The notes under the pieces: generated by a model
Database searches by the model: none
What the model was told of the DNA's origin: nothing
Seen by the model: only the letters and a program-made list of their open reading frames with translations
Part shown: in pieces, positions 30,874-41,799 of the stretch
Layout: each line of letters starts with the position of its first letter
Position numbering within the stretch: position 1 is the first letter of the stretch
Assembly: GCA_947494965.1 (NCBI GenBank)
Contig: CANLWV010000003.1
Coordinates: forward strand, 171,252-235,251
From: an uncultured Salinicoccus sp.
GTDB taxonomy: Bacteria > Bacillota > Bacilli > Staphylococcales > Salinicoccaceae
Direction: 5' to 3'
DNA: 64,000 nucleotides
Program-made: the position numbers and the translations under genes

Positions 30874-33132
30874 TCAGCGCCTCAGCCACTTTGCAGTCAG
30901 TGTGTCAGCAGTAGCCATTTTCTGTGGCGTTCCTTCAAAAATCACTTCACCGCCATTCTTGCCTCCACCCGGACCAAGTTCGATTATCCAATCACTTGCC
31001 GCTATGAAATCGACATTATGCTCAATGATGATGACTGAATTCCCTTGATCCACAAGACGTTGGAAGACATCAAGCAGTTTATCGTTGTCTTGCGCATGCA
31101 GACCTAGGGAAGGTTCATCCAGAATATAGATCTGTCCTTCTCTTTTCAGATGGCTCGCCAGCTTCAGCCGCTGCACTTCTCCTCCGCTCAGGGAACTTGT
31201 GGTCTGTCCGAGGGTTAGATATTCCAAGCCGACATCCATTAAAGTACTGATGCGTTTTATCACTTTCGGCCGTTCAAAAAAGGCTTTCGCTTCCTCGATT
31301 GTAAGGTCGAGAACTTCCACGATATTCTTCCCCTTGTACGAATGTGACAATGCCTCGTCGGAATACCTTGTGCCCCCACAAGCCTCACAAGTCACCGTGA
31401 CAGGGTCGGCAAACGCGACATCCGGCTTAGTGATTCCCTTGCCGTCGCAGACTGGACAGGCGCCCAGTGAATTAAAGCTGAACAATCCGGCAGGCTCGCC
31501 TGTTTCCCGCGCGAATATCGTCCGTATATCGTCCATGATCCCCATATATGTGGCCAGTGTCGAACGGCTCGAGATGCCGATCGGTGCTTGACCGACCATA
31601 ATTGCTTCTGGATATTTCCCAGGAAATGCTTCCAGCATAAATGAACTCTTGCCGGAACCGGATACCCCACAGACAGAAACGAGGATATTTTTCGGGATAT
31701 CGACTGTTATATCCTTCAAGTTATTCATTGATGCATGTTTGATGGAAAACGATTCTTCAGCCTGACGCGGTTGTTCATTGATTTCAACTGTACGCTGGAG
31801 CGTTGTCGCAGCGGGGGACTGCTCCAAGCCTTGTTGATCTCCCTGATAGATGACTTCTCCGCCATGCGTCCCGGCATCTGGGCCCATTTCAACAATTTCA
31901 TCAGCAACCTTGATGACAGAGGTGTCATGCTCAATGACGACGACAGTATTATGTTGCGCCTTAATCTGCTCCAGCATCTGTATGAGCAATGCCACTTCCT
32001 CCGGGTGTAGACCCGCAGTAGGCTCATCAAATATATATGTGATGTTGTTCAGGCTGCTGCCTAGGTGACGCGCTATTTTTACACGTTGGGCCTCTCCACC
32101 GGAGAGAGTCTCCATCTTCCGGGAGAGACTCAGATAGCCAAGCCCCAAGTCTATAAGTTGTCTGATGGAGGGGATTGTTTGGAGGGCGATCGCAGAACCG
32201 ATAGGGTCGTCGATCTTTTCAAGCTCCGTCAATAATTCCATCAGCTCGAATCCATCATAATCTGCGATGTTAGAACCATTGATCTTGCATGCCAATACTT
32301 CCGGATTCAATCCGGAGCCTTGACATGTCGGACAAGGTTGCCGGCTGGTCATCTCCAACACGTCATCCAGTGAAGTCTGGGCGAGTTTTGATACATCCCG
32401 ATTGATGTACAGGCGCGTGAAGCGTGGCAGCAAGCCATCCCATTCATGGGGATGCGGTCCGTCTTTAGTGTGGAAGGGGGCGAAAACACGCTCCCCTTCA
32501 GGTGGTCCATAGATGAAGAGTTGATAGTCTTCTTCTGAAAATTCTTTGATTGGAATATCGGGATTGAACAATTCTCCTGTAATCATCCATCTACCTTGCC
32601 AGCCAGATGGCGACAGTGGCTTGAACCGTACCGCATATTCCTTCAGCGATTTATCGACGTCGACCAATTTATGGAGGTCGGGAGCGACAATTTCACCGAA
32701 ACCGTTGCACGATGGGCATTTTCCGAAAGAACTTTGATTGGAGAAATCCGTTGCAGATTCAATCGGGGGATCGCCGATGCGTGAGAACAAAAGTCTGATG
32801 AGTGGGTCGACATCCATATACGTACCGACTGTCGAGCGGGAATTTCCGCTGATCGGCCGCTGTTCGACGACGACCACGGAGCTGAGTTGCTTCATCAGGT
32901 CCGCTTTCGGACGCTCGTATCGAGGCATCTGATTTCTTACATACATCGGATAATTCATTGTCATCTGCCGTCTGCTTTCCGTTGCGAGTGTATCGAAGAC
33001 GACAGAACTTTTCCCTGAACCCGAAATGCCTGTGAAAATCGTAATCTTTTCCTTTTGGATGTTGAGGTCGATATTCTTCAGGTTATTCGATCTAAGACCA
33101 CGCAAAATGATTTCGTCTTTTTCATTCGACAT
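30874..33132 (-). CDS. UvrA-like ABC ATPase (class II UvrA paralog)
   Basis: Start moved to MSNEKDEI. Two ABC modules (GISGSGKSS, GVSGSGKSS; LSGGEAQR, LSGGEVQR), Zn modules CPSCNGFG, CPTCQGSG and CPVCDGKG...CEACGG. About 750 aa, shorter than canonical UvrA. Confidence 0.85.
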   Translation of the reverse strand: MSNEKDEIILRGLRSNNLKNIDLNIQKEKITIFTGISGSGKSSVVFDTLATESRRQMTMNYPMYVRNQMPRYERPKADLMKQLSSVVVVEQRPISGNSRSTVGTYMDVDPLIRLLFSRIGDPPIESATDFSNQSSFGKCPSCNGFGEIVAPDLHKLVDVDKSLKEYAVRFKPLSPSGWQGRWMITGELFNPDIPIKEFSEEDYQLFIYGPPEGERVFAPFHTKDGPHPHEWDGLLPRFTRLYINRDVSKLAQTSLDDVLEMTSRQPCPTCQGSGLNPEVLACKINGSNIADYDGFELMELLTELEKIDDPIGSAIALQTIPSIRQLIDLGLGYLSLSRKMETLSGGEAQRVKIARHLGSSLNNITYIFDEPTAGLHPEEVALLIQMLEQIKAQHNTVVVIEHDTSVIKVADEIVEMGPDAGTHGGEVIYQGDQQGLEQSPAATTLQRTVEINEQPRQAEESFSIKHASMNNLKDITVDIPKNILVSVCGVSGSGKSSFMLEAFPGKYPEAIMVGQAPIGISSRSTLATYMGIMDDIRTIFARETGEPAGLFSFNSLGACPVCDGKGITKPDVAFADPVTVTCEACGGTRYSDEALSHSYKGKNIVEVLDLTIEEAKAFFERPKVIKRISTLMDVGLEYLTLGQTTSSLSGGEVQRLKLASHLKREGQIYILDEPSLGLHAQDNDKLLDVFQRLVDQGNSVIIIEHNVDFIAASDWIIELGPGGGKNGGEVIFEGTPQKMATADTLTAKWLRR

Positions 33133-33311
33133 ATTACCGCCCCTTCTGCTGTTTTGCCAATAGTTGTTGCTTGCATGTATTCTAGCATATATCACTTCGG
33201 CAGCATATCGAATGAAATGGTTGGGATTCTCTGGGTGATGGGATGGCCATCTCGTCTTCAAGTTTTATTAAATTAAGAGCAGGGTAGAGAAAAAGCAATG
33301 GAGGGATGAAG

Positions 33312-34391
33312 ATGGATTATAGACTACTAGGAGATTCTGGTCTGAACGTGTCCAAATATGCACTCGGAACCATTCCGTTCAGCGGAACGAAAGGTTTTGA
33401 AGCCGCAGGAGACATGGATCAGAGTACCGCAGATGCGTTGGTCGACTATGCTCTCGAGCATGGCATCAACCACTTCGATACTGCGAACCTTTACGCCAAG
33501 GGTGATGCTGAAATTGTGCTCGGTAAAGCAATTCGGGTTAAGCGCAAAGATATGGTGATCGCCAGCAAGACAGGTTTCCAGCTGACCGATAATCCGAATG
33601 ATGTCGGCGCGACCCGCATCAATATCGAGGCATCCATCGATGAGACACTCAATCGACTCGGCACCGACTACCTGGACCTTTATTACGTCCATGTATGGGA
33701 TGGCCAGGTTTCAGTTGAAGAAACCGTTCTGGCGATGAATGACCTCATCAGAAGAGGCAAGATCAGATACTGGGGTGTGTCCAACTACAGTGGATGGGCC
33801 TTGGCCAAAACCCACACATTCGCCGTTGAAAATAATTTGATGCCACCAATTGCCCATCAGATCTATTACACACCTGAATCCCGGGAAGCGGAGTATGAAC
33901 TGCTGCCCGCAGCAAAAGAACTGGGCATCGGCAATACGATATGGTCACCGCTTGGTGAAGGTCTGTTGACCGGCAAGATTTCAAGAGATAAAAAAGCAGA
34001 ACCAGGTACCCGCCAAGGTGAAGGTTGGGGGGAACCTTATGTCAAAGATGAAAAACTATTCTTTGATCTCGTCGAAATGCTTCAGGACGTGGCTTCCGGC
34101 CATAACGCCACTGTTCCGCAAGTCGTCTTGGCCTGGCTGCGAGACAGACCGAATGTCGATTCTGTAATTCTTGGTACGAGGAACAAGGCTCAGCTTGAGG
34201 AAAATATTGCGTCGTACGATTTGCAGCTGACGGATAATGAAATCGTCCAGATAAATGATCTGACGCAACCAGAGCCGATTTATCCACTATGGCACAGAGC
34301 CATGAATGCGATGGATCGGGCTTCCGATTCAGAAAAAACGTATCTTGAAGCATACAATAAGCTTATGGATCAGAAAGATAAAGAGTTATAA
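33312..34391 (+). CDS. aldo/keto reductase
   Basis: AKR motifs (INHFDTANLY, DLYYVHVWD, IRYWGVSNY). Start at MDYRLLG is favoured by RBS spacing. Confidence 0.85.
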   Translation: MDYRLLGDSGLNVSKYALGTIPFSGTKGFEAAGDMDQSTADALVDYALEHGINHFDTANLYAKGDAEIVLGKAIRVKRKDMVIASKTGFQLTDNPNDVGATRINIEASIDETLNRLGTDYLDLYYVHVWDGQVSVEETVLAMNDLIRRGKIRYWGVSNYSGWALAKTHTFAVENNLMPPIAHQIYYTPESREAEYELLPAAKELGIGNTIWSPLGEGLLTGKISRDKKAEPGTRQGEGWGEPYVKDEKLFFDLVEMLQDVASGHNATVPQVVLAWLRDRPNVDSVILGTRNKAQLEENIASYDLQLTDNEIVQINDLTQPEPIYPLWHRAMNAMDRASDSEKTYLEAYNKLMDQKDKEL

Positions 34392-34521
34392 GATAAGATA
34401 ATGGTGGTGCATTCCTTTGTCGGAGTGGATCGCCATTTTTCTTGCATGTCATTTTATTTTCTCCAAATCCAAAGTTAGGATAATATAATGATGTAAAACC
34501 ATTTAAGGAAGGGATGTTCCC

Positions 34522-35295
34522 ATGACAGGACTTATGAAGGATAAAGCCGGGCTCGTCACAGCAGCTGGTTCAGGCATCGGGCGTGCAAGCGCTGTTGCTT
34601 TGGCAGAAGCGGGTGCGAAAGTGATGGTATCCGATATCAGTGAAGAAGGCGGCCAGGAAACCGTCAAAATCATAAAAGACAACGGAGGCGAGGCACAATT
34701 CTTCAAATGTGATGTGAGTGATGAAGCACAGGTTGAAGCACTGGTGAATGAAACCGTCTCCGCTTTCGGCAAGTTGGATTTTGCCCATAACAATGCCGGC
34801 ATCAATGCAGGCCAGGTCAAAATAGGAGATATGGACGCGAAAGACTGGGATAAGACCATAAAAATAAACTTATATGGCGTCTTCTACTGCGTTAAGCACC
34901 AAGTCAATGCGATGCTGAAGACAGGTGGCGGCGCCATCGTCAATTCCGCTTCAGGAGCCGGCCTGGAAGGGTCTCCAAATATGGTTCCATACACCGCCTC
35001 TAAACACGGTGTAGTTGGACTGACGAAATCAGTCGCACTCGAATACGGCAAACAGAATATAAGGATAAACGCAATTGCTCCGGGTGCCACAATCACTCCA
35101 GCGATTGAAGGATGGGCGGAGAGTCATCCTGAACAGTATAATGGCGTGCTCGAATCCCTGCCTAGAGGTGAGATGGCGACCCCTCAGGACCAGGGCAACG
35201 CTGTTATGTTTCTATGCTCGGATTTGGCCAGACAGATCAGTGGGGTTACGATACCTGTCGATGGCGGATACACAGCCGGAAAACTGCAGCAATAG
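34522..35295 (+). CDS. SDR-family oxidoreductase
   Basis: TAAGSGIGRA cofactor motif, NNAG, and catalytic YTASKHGVVGLTK. Confidence 0.85.
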   Translation: MTGLMKDKAGLVTAAGSGIGRASAVALAEAGAKVMVSDISEEGGQETVKIIKDNGGEAQFFKCDVSDEAQVEALVNETVSAFGKLDFAHNNAGINAGQVKIGDMDAKDWDKTIKINLYGVFYCVKHQVNAMLKTGGGAIVNSASGAGLEGSPNMVPYTASKHGVVGLTKSVALEYGKQNIRINAIAPGATITPAIEGWAESHPEQYNGVLESLPRGEMATPQDQGNAVMFLCSDLARQISGVTIPVDGGYTAGKLQQ

Positions 35296-35389
35296 AATAT
35301 GTGAAACCAAAAAAGGAGGATAGATTCGTTGATCGAATCTATCCTTCTTTAATATTGGTTTGTGTACTTTTCATAAAAGTCCTTATAGG

Positions 35390-37096
35390 TCATCCTTTGA
35401 TTTTGAAACCGCGATAACGGTTGAGTGCACCGATGAATTCCTGCTTCCTCGGCCGCGCCAAGTTGCCGGGATGACCGGAGTAGGGCGAGAGCGCATCCAG
35501 TCCATTACGTTCCATATGCTTGTAGACCTGGTCGACGGCCTCGGATAATGTCAGAGTGTCATCCAGTACGTTGTGTCTGAGATAATCAATCATGACTGCA
35601 ATACAGTTCGTCTGGCTGTCATCTACAAGCTGTTCCAGCCCTGCCAACTCAATCGGCTCCTTGCCATACATTATCGTAGTGCGCCCCTTTGCTTTCAGCC
35701 GATCATCTTTTCCGGATTTCGCGAACCCTGACTTCAGTGGAATCCTCTGGCTGATCTCGCCGAATTTCTCGTCTGACATATTTCCTTTTTTATCTGCATC
35801 TGACGCAGCAATTTCCTTTGCGGCATCCGTCACGTCTTTCAACCTGTATTCATCCATCATCAGCACCTGGTCCGCGACATCGAAATAGTCGCCGGAGCCG
35901 CCTACTATCAGTATGGTTGAGACATTTTCATCATCGTACAATGGTTTCACCTTTTCGGAAAAAGGTGTGATGGGCTCTTTATCAGGGGCAATGAGCTTCT
36001 GCATCCGGGCATCCCGGATCATGAAGTTGGTCGCTGAAGTATCTTCATCGATCAATAGGAGGCTGGCATCTGATTCCAGTGCCTCCATCACATTCGCAGC
36101 CTGGGATGTACTGCCGCTCGCATTCTCCGTTGAAAAGGCGCGTGTATCCTTTTTCGCAGGCAGATTATTGATGAATGTACTGATGTTCACCTTCTCGATA
36201 TTACGGCCATCTTCCGCTCGGATCTTCGCTGCATCACTCCGTGTAATGACCATCTCGCGGCCGTCCCCCGGAACATGATTGTAGACACCGCGTTCCAACG
36301 CTTGGAGCAGGGTGGACTTGCCGTGATAGCCGCCCCCGACGATCAGGGTGATGCCCTCAGCAATCCCCATCCCTGTAACTGCATTTCCGCTCGGGAGATC
36401 GATTGTAACCTTAAGGTTGTCTGGGCTTGAAAAAGGCACCGCCCCCTCTAAAGGCTTATCCGATACACCGCTATTGCGGGGCAGGATGGCACCATCCGCC
36501 ACAAATGCCACCAGATTCTTTCGATTAATCACTTGTCGAATATGCATCTGATCGAGCACCAGACTCACTTGCTTCTCAAGTCCTTTCTGGTCAAGGTTCT
36601 GATACAGCAGGGAGTCATCTGCAATTTTAGGCAGTATACCAGTAATTATATCCGCTGCTGCCTTGCCCAGAATCCTCCGGCCTGCAGCCGGCAGACCGAC
36701 TTCGAAGCGTACTTCGAGCTCATGTTCATCAATGACGACAGAAGTCCGCTCCAAAATTTCTTCACCGGGGCGGTCAATCAGAATCTTGATGTTTTTACTG
36801 TTCATTTTAGCACCGTTTTTATGTTTTTTAATACTCTCACTAAATGCACGTGTCAGAAAATCCGCTACTGCTATAATCTTATCCTTTGAATCCAGCAATT
36901 CAGCTGGAATTCCTGCTGTATCACGATTCATTATGATCCGCATTTTGGATGGCGGGGCGTAAGGGTCGACCTGTACGTGATCGATTGCCAGCTTGAAGCG
37001 GTCGAACTGATAAGTCCCTTTCAACTGTTTATAGGTGCCGTACTTCTGGCCATCCAATTTGTTCAATGCAGATTTAAGTTGTTCAGCGTTCTTCAT
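35390..37096 (-). CDS. ABC-ATPase-domain protein (predicted ATPase of the ABC class)
   Basis: 568 aa with P-loop-like GGGYHGKSTLL and LLLIDEDTSATN. Size and layout fit that family. Confidence 0.65.
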   Translation of the reverse strand: MKNAEQLKSALNKLDGQKYGTYKQLKGTYQFDRFKLAIDHVQVDPYAPPSKMRIIMNRDTAGIPAELLDSKDKIIAVADFLTRAFSESIKKHKNGAKMNSKNIKILIDRPGEEILERTSVVIDEHELEVRFEVGLPAAGRRILGKAAADIITGILPKIADDSLLYQNLDQKGLEKQVSLVLDQMHIRQVINRKNLVAFVADGAILPRNSGVSDKPLEGAVPFSSPDNLKVTIDLPSGNAVTGMGIAEGITLIVGGGYHGKSTLLQALERGVYNHVPGDGREMVITRSDAAKIRAEDGRNIEKVNISTFINNLPAKKDTRAFSTENASGSTSQAANVMEALESDASLLLIDEDTSATNFMIRDARMQKLIAPDKEPITPFSEKVKPLYDDENVSTILIVGGSGDYFDVADQVLMMDEYRLKDVTDAAKEIAASDADKKGNMSDEKFGEISQRIPLKSGFAKSGKDDRLKAKGRTTIMYGKEPIELAGLEQLVDDSQTNCIAVMIDYLRHNVLDDTLTLSEAVDQVYKHMERNGLDALSPYSGHPGNLARPRKQEFIGALNRYRGFKIKG

Positions 37097-37194
37097 ACAT
37101 ATGCGCCTCCTGGAAAATATGTGTCTAGTATCTATTTAATGTTTTAAATATGCCTGGCATCTGATTGCGGTTGTGCCTTTAGACATAAAAGACA

Positions 37195-37815
37195 TCAATA
37201 TGCCAGTCCTACGCGGCTCCTTATAAATCTATCATCCTGTATCTGGCTGTACGCAAACTCCGCCGTGTCAGGAACAGAAATCATTTTACCACCTTCGGGA
37301 AGGTAGTCGCGTTCTGCACGGTATTGGCCCGTATATTCTCCATCGGGCAAGTAGGTAGGGCAGACGATCGTCCAATCAAGTTGGGAGTCTTCAAGGAGGT
37401 TGAAGACCTTATGATGTTCCTCTGCTGCCCGTGTCGTTTTTCTTTTCGATTCGTTCGATTGATAACGTAACAATCCGGGCTCTGTCCTACTATTCAATAT
37501 CCCTCCGGTCCCGATGGTGATAAAGCGTTTTAAGCCTCTTTCTTCCATACCTTCTATAACTGAAGGAATACTTTCTGAGAGGGTAGTAGTGCCGTCCGTA
37601 CCAAGTGCACTGATCACCATATCTATACCATCCATCGCATTCAGTATGTCTGACCTGTTCAGTACATTACCCTCGACAACTGTTAAATTGATGCTTTCCA
37701 CTTGTATTTTCTCTGCATCACGCACCAGTGCCGTGACTTGGTGCCCGTCGTCAAGTGCATGTTTCAACATATGGCTGCCGACCCGTCCAGTCCCACCTAA
37801 AATTAAAATGTTCAT
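37195..37815 (-). CDS. NAD(P)H-binding (atypical SDR / NmrA-like) protein
   Basis: Start at MNILILGGTGRVG (GGTGGAGAG RBS); N-terminal Rossmann motif. Confidence 0.75.
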   Translation of the reverse strand: MNILILGGTGRVGSHMLKHALDDGHQVTALVRDAEKIQVESINLTVVEGNVLNRSDILNAMDGIDMVISALGTDGTTTLSESIPSVIEGMEERGLKRFITIGTGGILNSRTEPGLLRYQSNESKRKTTRAAEEHHKVFNLLEDSQLDWTIVCPTYLPDGEYTGQYRAERDYLPEGGKMISVPDTAEFAYSQIQDDRFIRSRVGLAY

Positions 37816-38362
37816 TCCAACTCTCCACCTTTTCAATATTTTGCATCAGTTTACTTCAGAACTGCTCATATATCCCTCTTTCATCTCTGCTCCTGAATAT
37901 ACCCAACTACATTCTCTTTGATGCTTCTGCCTGTTTCAAATAATCGTGTGCTAGAAGTTAAATATAATTTATCCAATCAAATATTCATCAACTTTTTAAA
38001 TGCATCATCCACTTCGATTGACCGGTTGTGTATGATTTCTGACCGCTTGTATAAAAATGCCTGACAATAGTATTTTTCATTGCTTTATTTGTTGAAACAA
38101 GTGCATTATAGAATATTATAATAATGATTTAACCCATTAAAAATATCGCTGACCGATACTCTATAAAGCTATTAATTTTAAGGTTTTGAATAACTAATAA
38201 ATTAATAATAACGCTATGCGTTACAGTATTGAGCATCATTTATAAAAATAAAATTGTCCTTTTTATTTAAGTTTGTTAACATTGATAGGTCTTTCATGTC
38301 ATCAGGTAGTAAAAAATAAGTGGATACTATACAATACTCCACAAACAATAAGGAGCACGTCA

Positions 38363-39976
38363 ATGAAGAATTCTTCAGATCCCGAAAGTAATAAGTCATC
38401 CAGTGTATTCAAGTACTCGGTTTTAATAATCGCTTTGCTGGTAATTATTGGGGCAATCAACCCAGAATCATTTGGAGCTGTTGCCGGAGCCATATCAAAT
38501 TGGGTAGGTGACTACTTTGGATGGTACTACATGATCATTACCTCCATCACGTTGTTCTTCTGTATTTTTCTCGTCTTCAGCCCCATTGGAAAACTAAAGC
38601 TGGGTAAACCTCATCACGAGCCGGAGTTCAGCACCCGTTCATGGTTGACCATGCTATTTAGTGCAGGCATGGGAATTGGAGTCATATTCTATGGTACGTC
38701 GGAGCCGATTGCACACTTCGTCGCACCAGCTACAGCCAGTCCCGAAACAGAAGAGGCTTTGCATGAGTCCATCCGTGCTACTATATTCCACTGGGGGGCG
38801 CATGCATGGGGGATGTATGGTGCAGTTGCTCTGGCACTTGCCTATTCCCAGTTCAGAAAAGGGGAACCTGGACTGCTTTCCCGAACTTTGCGTCCATTAT
38901 TAGGTGATAAAGTTGAAGGCCCCATCGGTGTCTTCATCGATGTGCTCACTGTCTTCGCTACAGTTATAGGAGTGGCCGTCTCACTTGGTGTCGGTACTAC
39001 GCAGATCAATGGTGGTCTGAATCAGTTGTTCGGCCTTCCAATCAATCTAACCGCCCAAGGCGCAATTATTGCTGGTGTCACAGTCCTCTTCCTTATCAGT
39101 GCATGGAGTGGATTGTCAAAAGGAATCAAGTATTTGAGCAATCTCAATATGATTTTGGCAGGGATATTGCTCGTAACCGTCCTTATATTAGGACCAACCA
39201 TGCTCATATTAAATATGCTGCCAACTGCTACTGGGGAATATCTCAATACATTTTTGGCGAAGACTCTTGACGCAGCCCCGACTAACACTCATAAAAATGA
39301 ATGGCTTCAATCATGGACAATCTATTACTGGGCCTGGTGGTTAAGTTGGAGCCCGTTCGTAGGTATCTTCATCGCACGTGTATCAAGAGGCCGTACTGTA
39401 CGTGAATTTGTTATTGCCCTTATTTCCGTACCGACCACTATCGGCATTATCTGGTTTACGGTATTTGGTGTCACCGGCGTCGAAATTGCTAAAGAAGTAC
39501 CATCGATAGTGAATCTCGGTCCAGAAACACAATTATTTGCCATACTGAATGAGTTACCACTTAGCCTGCCGCTTTCGATCATAGCGATTATATTGATATT
39601 TTCATTCTTTATCACATCTGCCGATTCCGCTACATTTGTGATAGGCATGCAGACATCAAATGGTTCATTGCGTCCCTCGTCTAAATTGAAAATCATCTGG
39701 GGCGTCAGCTTGTCCTCGATTGCTTACGTGTTACTTCTATCAGGTGGAGAAACGGGGCTTGAAGCCCTCCAATCTGCAGCCATCATTGCAGCTTTACCAT
39801 TTAGCTTTGTCATCATCATGATGATGATCTCATTCTATAAGGATGCCAATGAAGAGCGGAAATATCTGGGTCTCACCATTACTCCGAACAAGCATCGGAT
39901 GAAAGAGTATCTCAATAAAGAACAAAAAGAATACCAGCAACAAAAAGACGCAGGTGTAGACGAAAGTGAACTATAA
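38363..39976 (+). CDS. BCCT-family betaine/choline transporter
   Basis: Start at MKNSSDPE (AAGGAG RBS). BCCT signature WTIYYWAWWLSWSPFVG; about 12 TM segments. Confidence 0.85.
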   Translation: MKNSSDPESNKSSSVFKYSVLIIALLVIIGAINPESFGAVAGAISNWVGDYFGWYYMIITSITLFFCIFLVFSPIGKLKLGKPHHEPEFSTRSWLTMLFSAGMGIGVIFYGTSEPIAHFVAPATASPETEEALHESIRATIFHWGAHAWGMYGAVALALAYSQFRKGEPGLLSRTLRPLLGDKVEGPIGVFIDVLTVFATVIGVAVSLGVGTTQINGGLNQLFGLPINLTAQGAIIAGVTVLFLISAWSGLSKGIKYLSNLNMILAGILLVTVLILGPTMLILNMLPTATGEYLNTFLAKTLDAAPTNTHKNEWLQSWTIYYWAWWLSWSPFVGIFIARVSRGRTVREFVIALISVPTTIGIIWFTVFGVTGVEIAKEVPSIVNLGPETQLFAILNELPLSLPLSIIAIILIFSFFITSADSATFVIGMQTSNGSLRPSSKLKIIWGVSLSSIAYVLLLSGGETGLEALQSAAIIAALPFSFVIIMMMISFYKDANEERKYLGLTITPNKHRMKEYLNKEQKEYQQQKDAGVDESEL

Positions 39977-40038
39977 TCTGATATTAAAAGAACTATAACC
40001 TAAAACGATTAACCTAAGTTTACATGACATCTTTAATA

Positions 40039-40076
40039 GGCTACCGTTCTCCAACTAATTTTGGAGAACGGTGGCC
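40039..40076 (+). terminator. rho-independent terminator
   Basis: ccgttctccaa / ttggagaacgg stem. Confidence 0.7.
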
Positions 40077-40230
40077 TAATTTTTCTTGTATACTTTCTTG
40101 GTTATCTAGTTTAATGATTGACTAATACATAAAGATTTTTAAAAATGATGGGATTTTATTCTTTAATATTACTCTAGAATAAAGAAATGCCTTTCTGTCT
40201 TTTAAATAAAAATAATACTTGATTAACTAG

Positions 40231-40265
40231 AAAAGGCTGACAGAAGTACTCTGTCAGCCTTTTTT
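40231..40265. terminator. bidirectional terminator downstream of the globin gene
   Basis: aaaaggctgacag / ctgtcagcctttttt. Confidence 0.75.
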
Positions 40266-40313
40266 GATATATTCAACTGAATCCTCTAGTTTTCAAAACA
40301 AGTAACAACTCAA

Positions 40314-40739
40314 TTACTTGATTGTCCCGCTGATGACTTCTTCCTTATGTGCTGTGAATGCATCAAGCACTTCATTCTTTTCCTTTTCAGGCACATCAAA
40401 GTGATCAAGCGTTTCAGCCAATACTTTTCCTGCCGCATCGAATTCTTCTTCTGTAAGCTTCATGTCATAATGAGTCGGTTCCAAATCGAGTGATCCATCG
40501 TTAGGTACTGTGCTGACATAATGATGAGGTCCGCCAGCTTTCTCAGAAACCCATAATGTGGTCAAAACTTTGAAACCTGCCGCACGCCAACTTTCATTTT
40601 CATACCATTTTTTGAGATAAGGGTTGTCGGAAGACTCACCAGCAACTGGATCTTTTGCTAATGCATCAGCAAAATGGTCGACGACAGCTGCAATACTGTA
40701 AATACCACCTAAACGTTCGTATAACGATTTCTCAGCCAT
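40314..40739 (-). CDS. truncated haemoglobin-family globin
   Basis: 141 aa with N-terminal SLYERLGG...VVDHF pattern typical of 2-on-2 globins. This is the last higher-GC gene before the AT-rich accessory DNA. Confidence 0.65.
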   Translation of the reverse strand: MAEKSLYERLGGIYSIAAVVDHFADALAKDPVAGESSDNPYLKKWYENESWRAAGFKVLTTLWVSEKAGGPHHYVSTVPNDGSLDLEPTHYDMKLTEEEFDAAGKVLAETLDHFDVPEKEKNEVLDAFTAHKEEVISGTIK

Positions 40740-41092
40740 GATAATCCCCTTTCAACATATTAATAATTCGGATTTACACGCATAAAATGCCTGTAAATAT
40801 AGAAAATTAAGCAACAACTACTACGCTGTGTAAAAGTAATGAATGAATCAATCAACCGACATTTGTTATTAGAACTCATGGTGTTTTCCAGTATATCACG
40901 CTTAATGTAAACGTTATCATGTAATAACTACTCTGACAATTTATTTACTTAATATACTTTGACAAAAGTAGAGTTGAACAGTAAATATCACTAATAAAAT
41001 TATTTCAAATAGATGCGAAAATATCTGCTGAATACCATGGTGATATTCGGGAGATAATACTACTGTCATCATATTCTAATATAATACTGTAT

Positions 41093-41452
41093 TTAGTTAC
41101 TATTCTTCAATTTAATCAGCAATGACTTTAGTGTTCTGTTTCTAAATCCGTATAAATCTTTTAAAGCCAAACCCATAGCAAGCCAAAAACTGGTGCCCTC
41201 GGAATTAATCTCCATGGGCCCAACAGTTTCTTCAAATAATGGAAATAATTCTTCGAACTGTGAAAAACGATATTGATAATTATACTGTTGCATCATTAAC
41301 AACATATGCATGAAATCATTAAATTTCTTGTTCTTTAATAGCTTTTTTGTTTTACTGTCATTTTCATTCAAACCATATACACAACTAAAGATTGCTTGGA
41401 TTATTTCCTCATCTATATAAATAAGGCCTGCTTCATTTTCTTTGATATGCAA
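41093..41452 (-). CDS. hypothetical protein
   Basis: 119-aa ORF in the AT-rich accessory segment, tandem with the next ORF. No family recognised. Confidence 0.4.
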   Translation of the reverse strand: MHIKENEAGLIYIDEEIIQAIFSCVYGLNENDSKTKKLLKNKKFNDFMHMLLMMQQYNYQYRFSQFEELFPLFEETVGPMEINSEGTSFWLAMGLALKDLYGFRNRTLKSLLIKLKNSN

Positions 41453-41469
41453 TTAAAATCACCTTTCCC

Positions 41470-41799
41470 TCATATCATTTCACAAGCTACGAGTGCATAT
41501 TTTTTATTTGCGTCTAATTTTGTCATTTCCTTCTCAACTACTTTGAAATCAGCTTCGTTATAAAATCCTTTTAATAAATCTTTCATTTCGTGAAGGTATA
41601 AAAGCGCTACCCATGCACCCCAATCCGTTTGTTTACCTTCGATTTCTTTATCTCTGATTTTCTGGAAGATAAAATCAAAAGTGCTATGTGATTTTGGAAA
41701 AAATATACTAATTCGTTTAGGAATATTACCATTATAATCGCCATTCTCGTAATCAAATAAATCGTCTTCCAAATCCCCAATAAACACTTCAAGTTCCAT
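41470..41799 (-). CDS. hypothetical protein
   Basis: 109-aa acidic ORF, 17 nt upstream of the previous ORF on the same strand. No family recognised. Confidence 0.4.
   Translation of the reverse strand: MELEVFIGDLEDDLFDYENGDYNGNIPKRISIFFPKSHSTFDFIFQKIRDKEIEGKQTDWGAWVALLYLHEMKDLLKGFYNEADFKVVEKEMTKLDANKKYALVACEMI

Noticed and set aside
33133-33261. N-terminal extensions in the ORF track, including UvrA paralog 33133-33261, 28992-29117, 38273-38362, 2941-3000, 27246-27278 and 54079-54129
   Set aside because: Internal ATGs preceded by good RBSs begin exactly where family homology or signal peptides begin. The upstream extensions have no RBS and show non-coding-like composition.
40905-40930. Forward-oriented ISS-like sequence aaacgTTATCATgtaataa near the core/accessory junction
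   Set aside because: Only the TATCAT core matches, and the flanking positions are near random in AT-rich DNA. Its orientation is also opposite to the four better sites.
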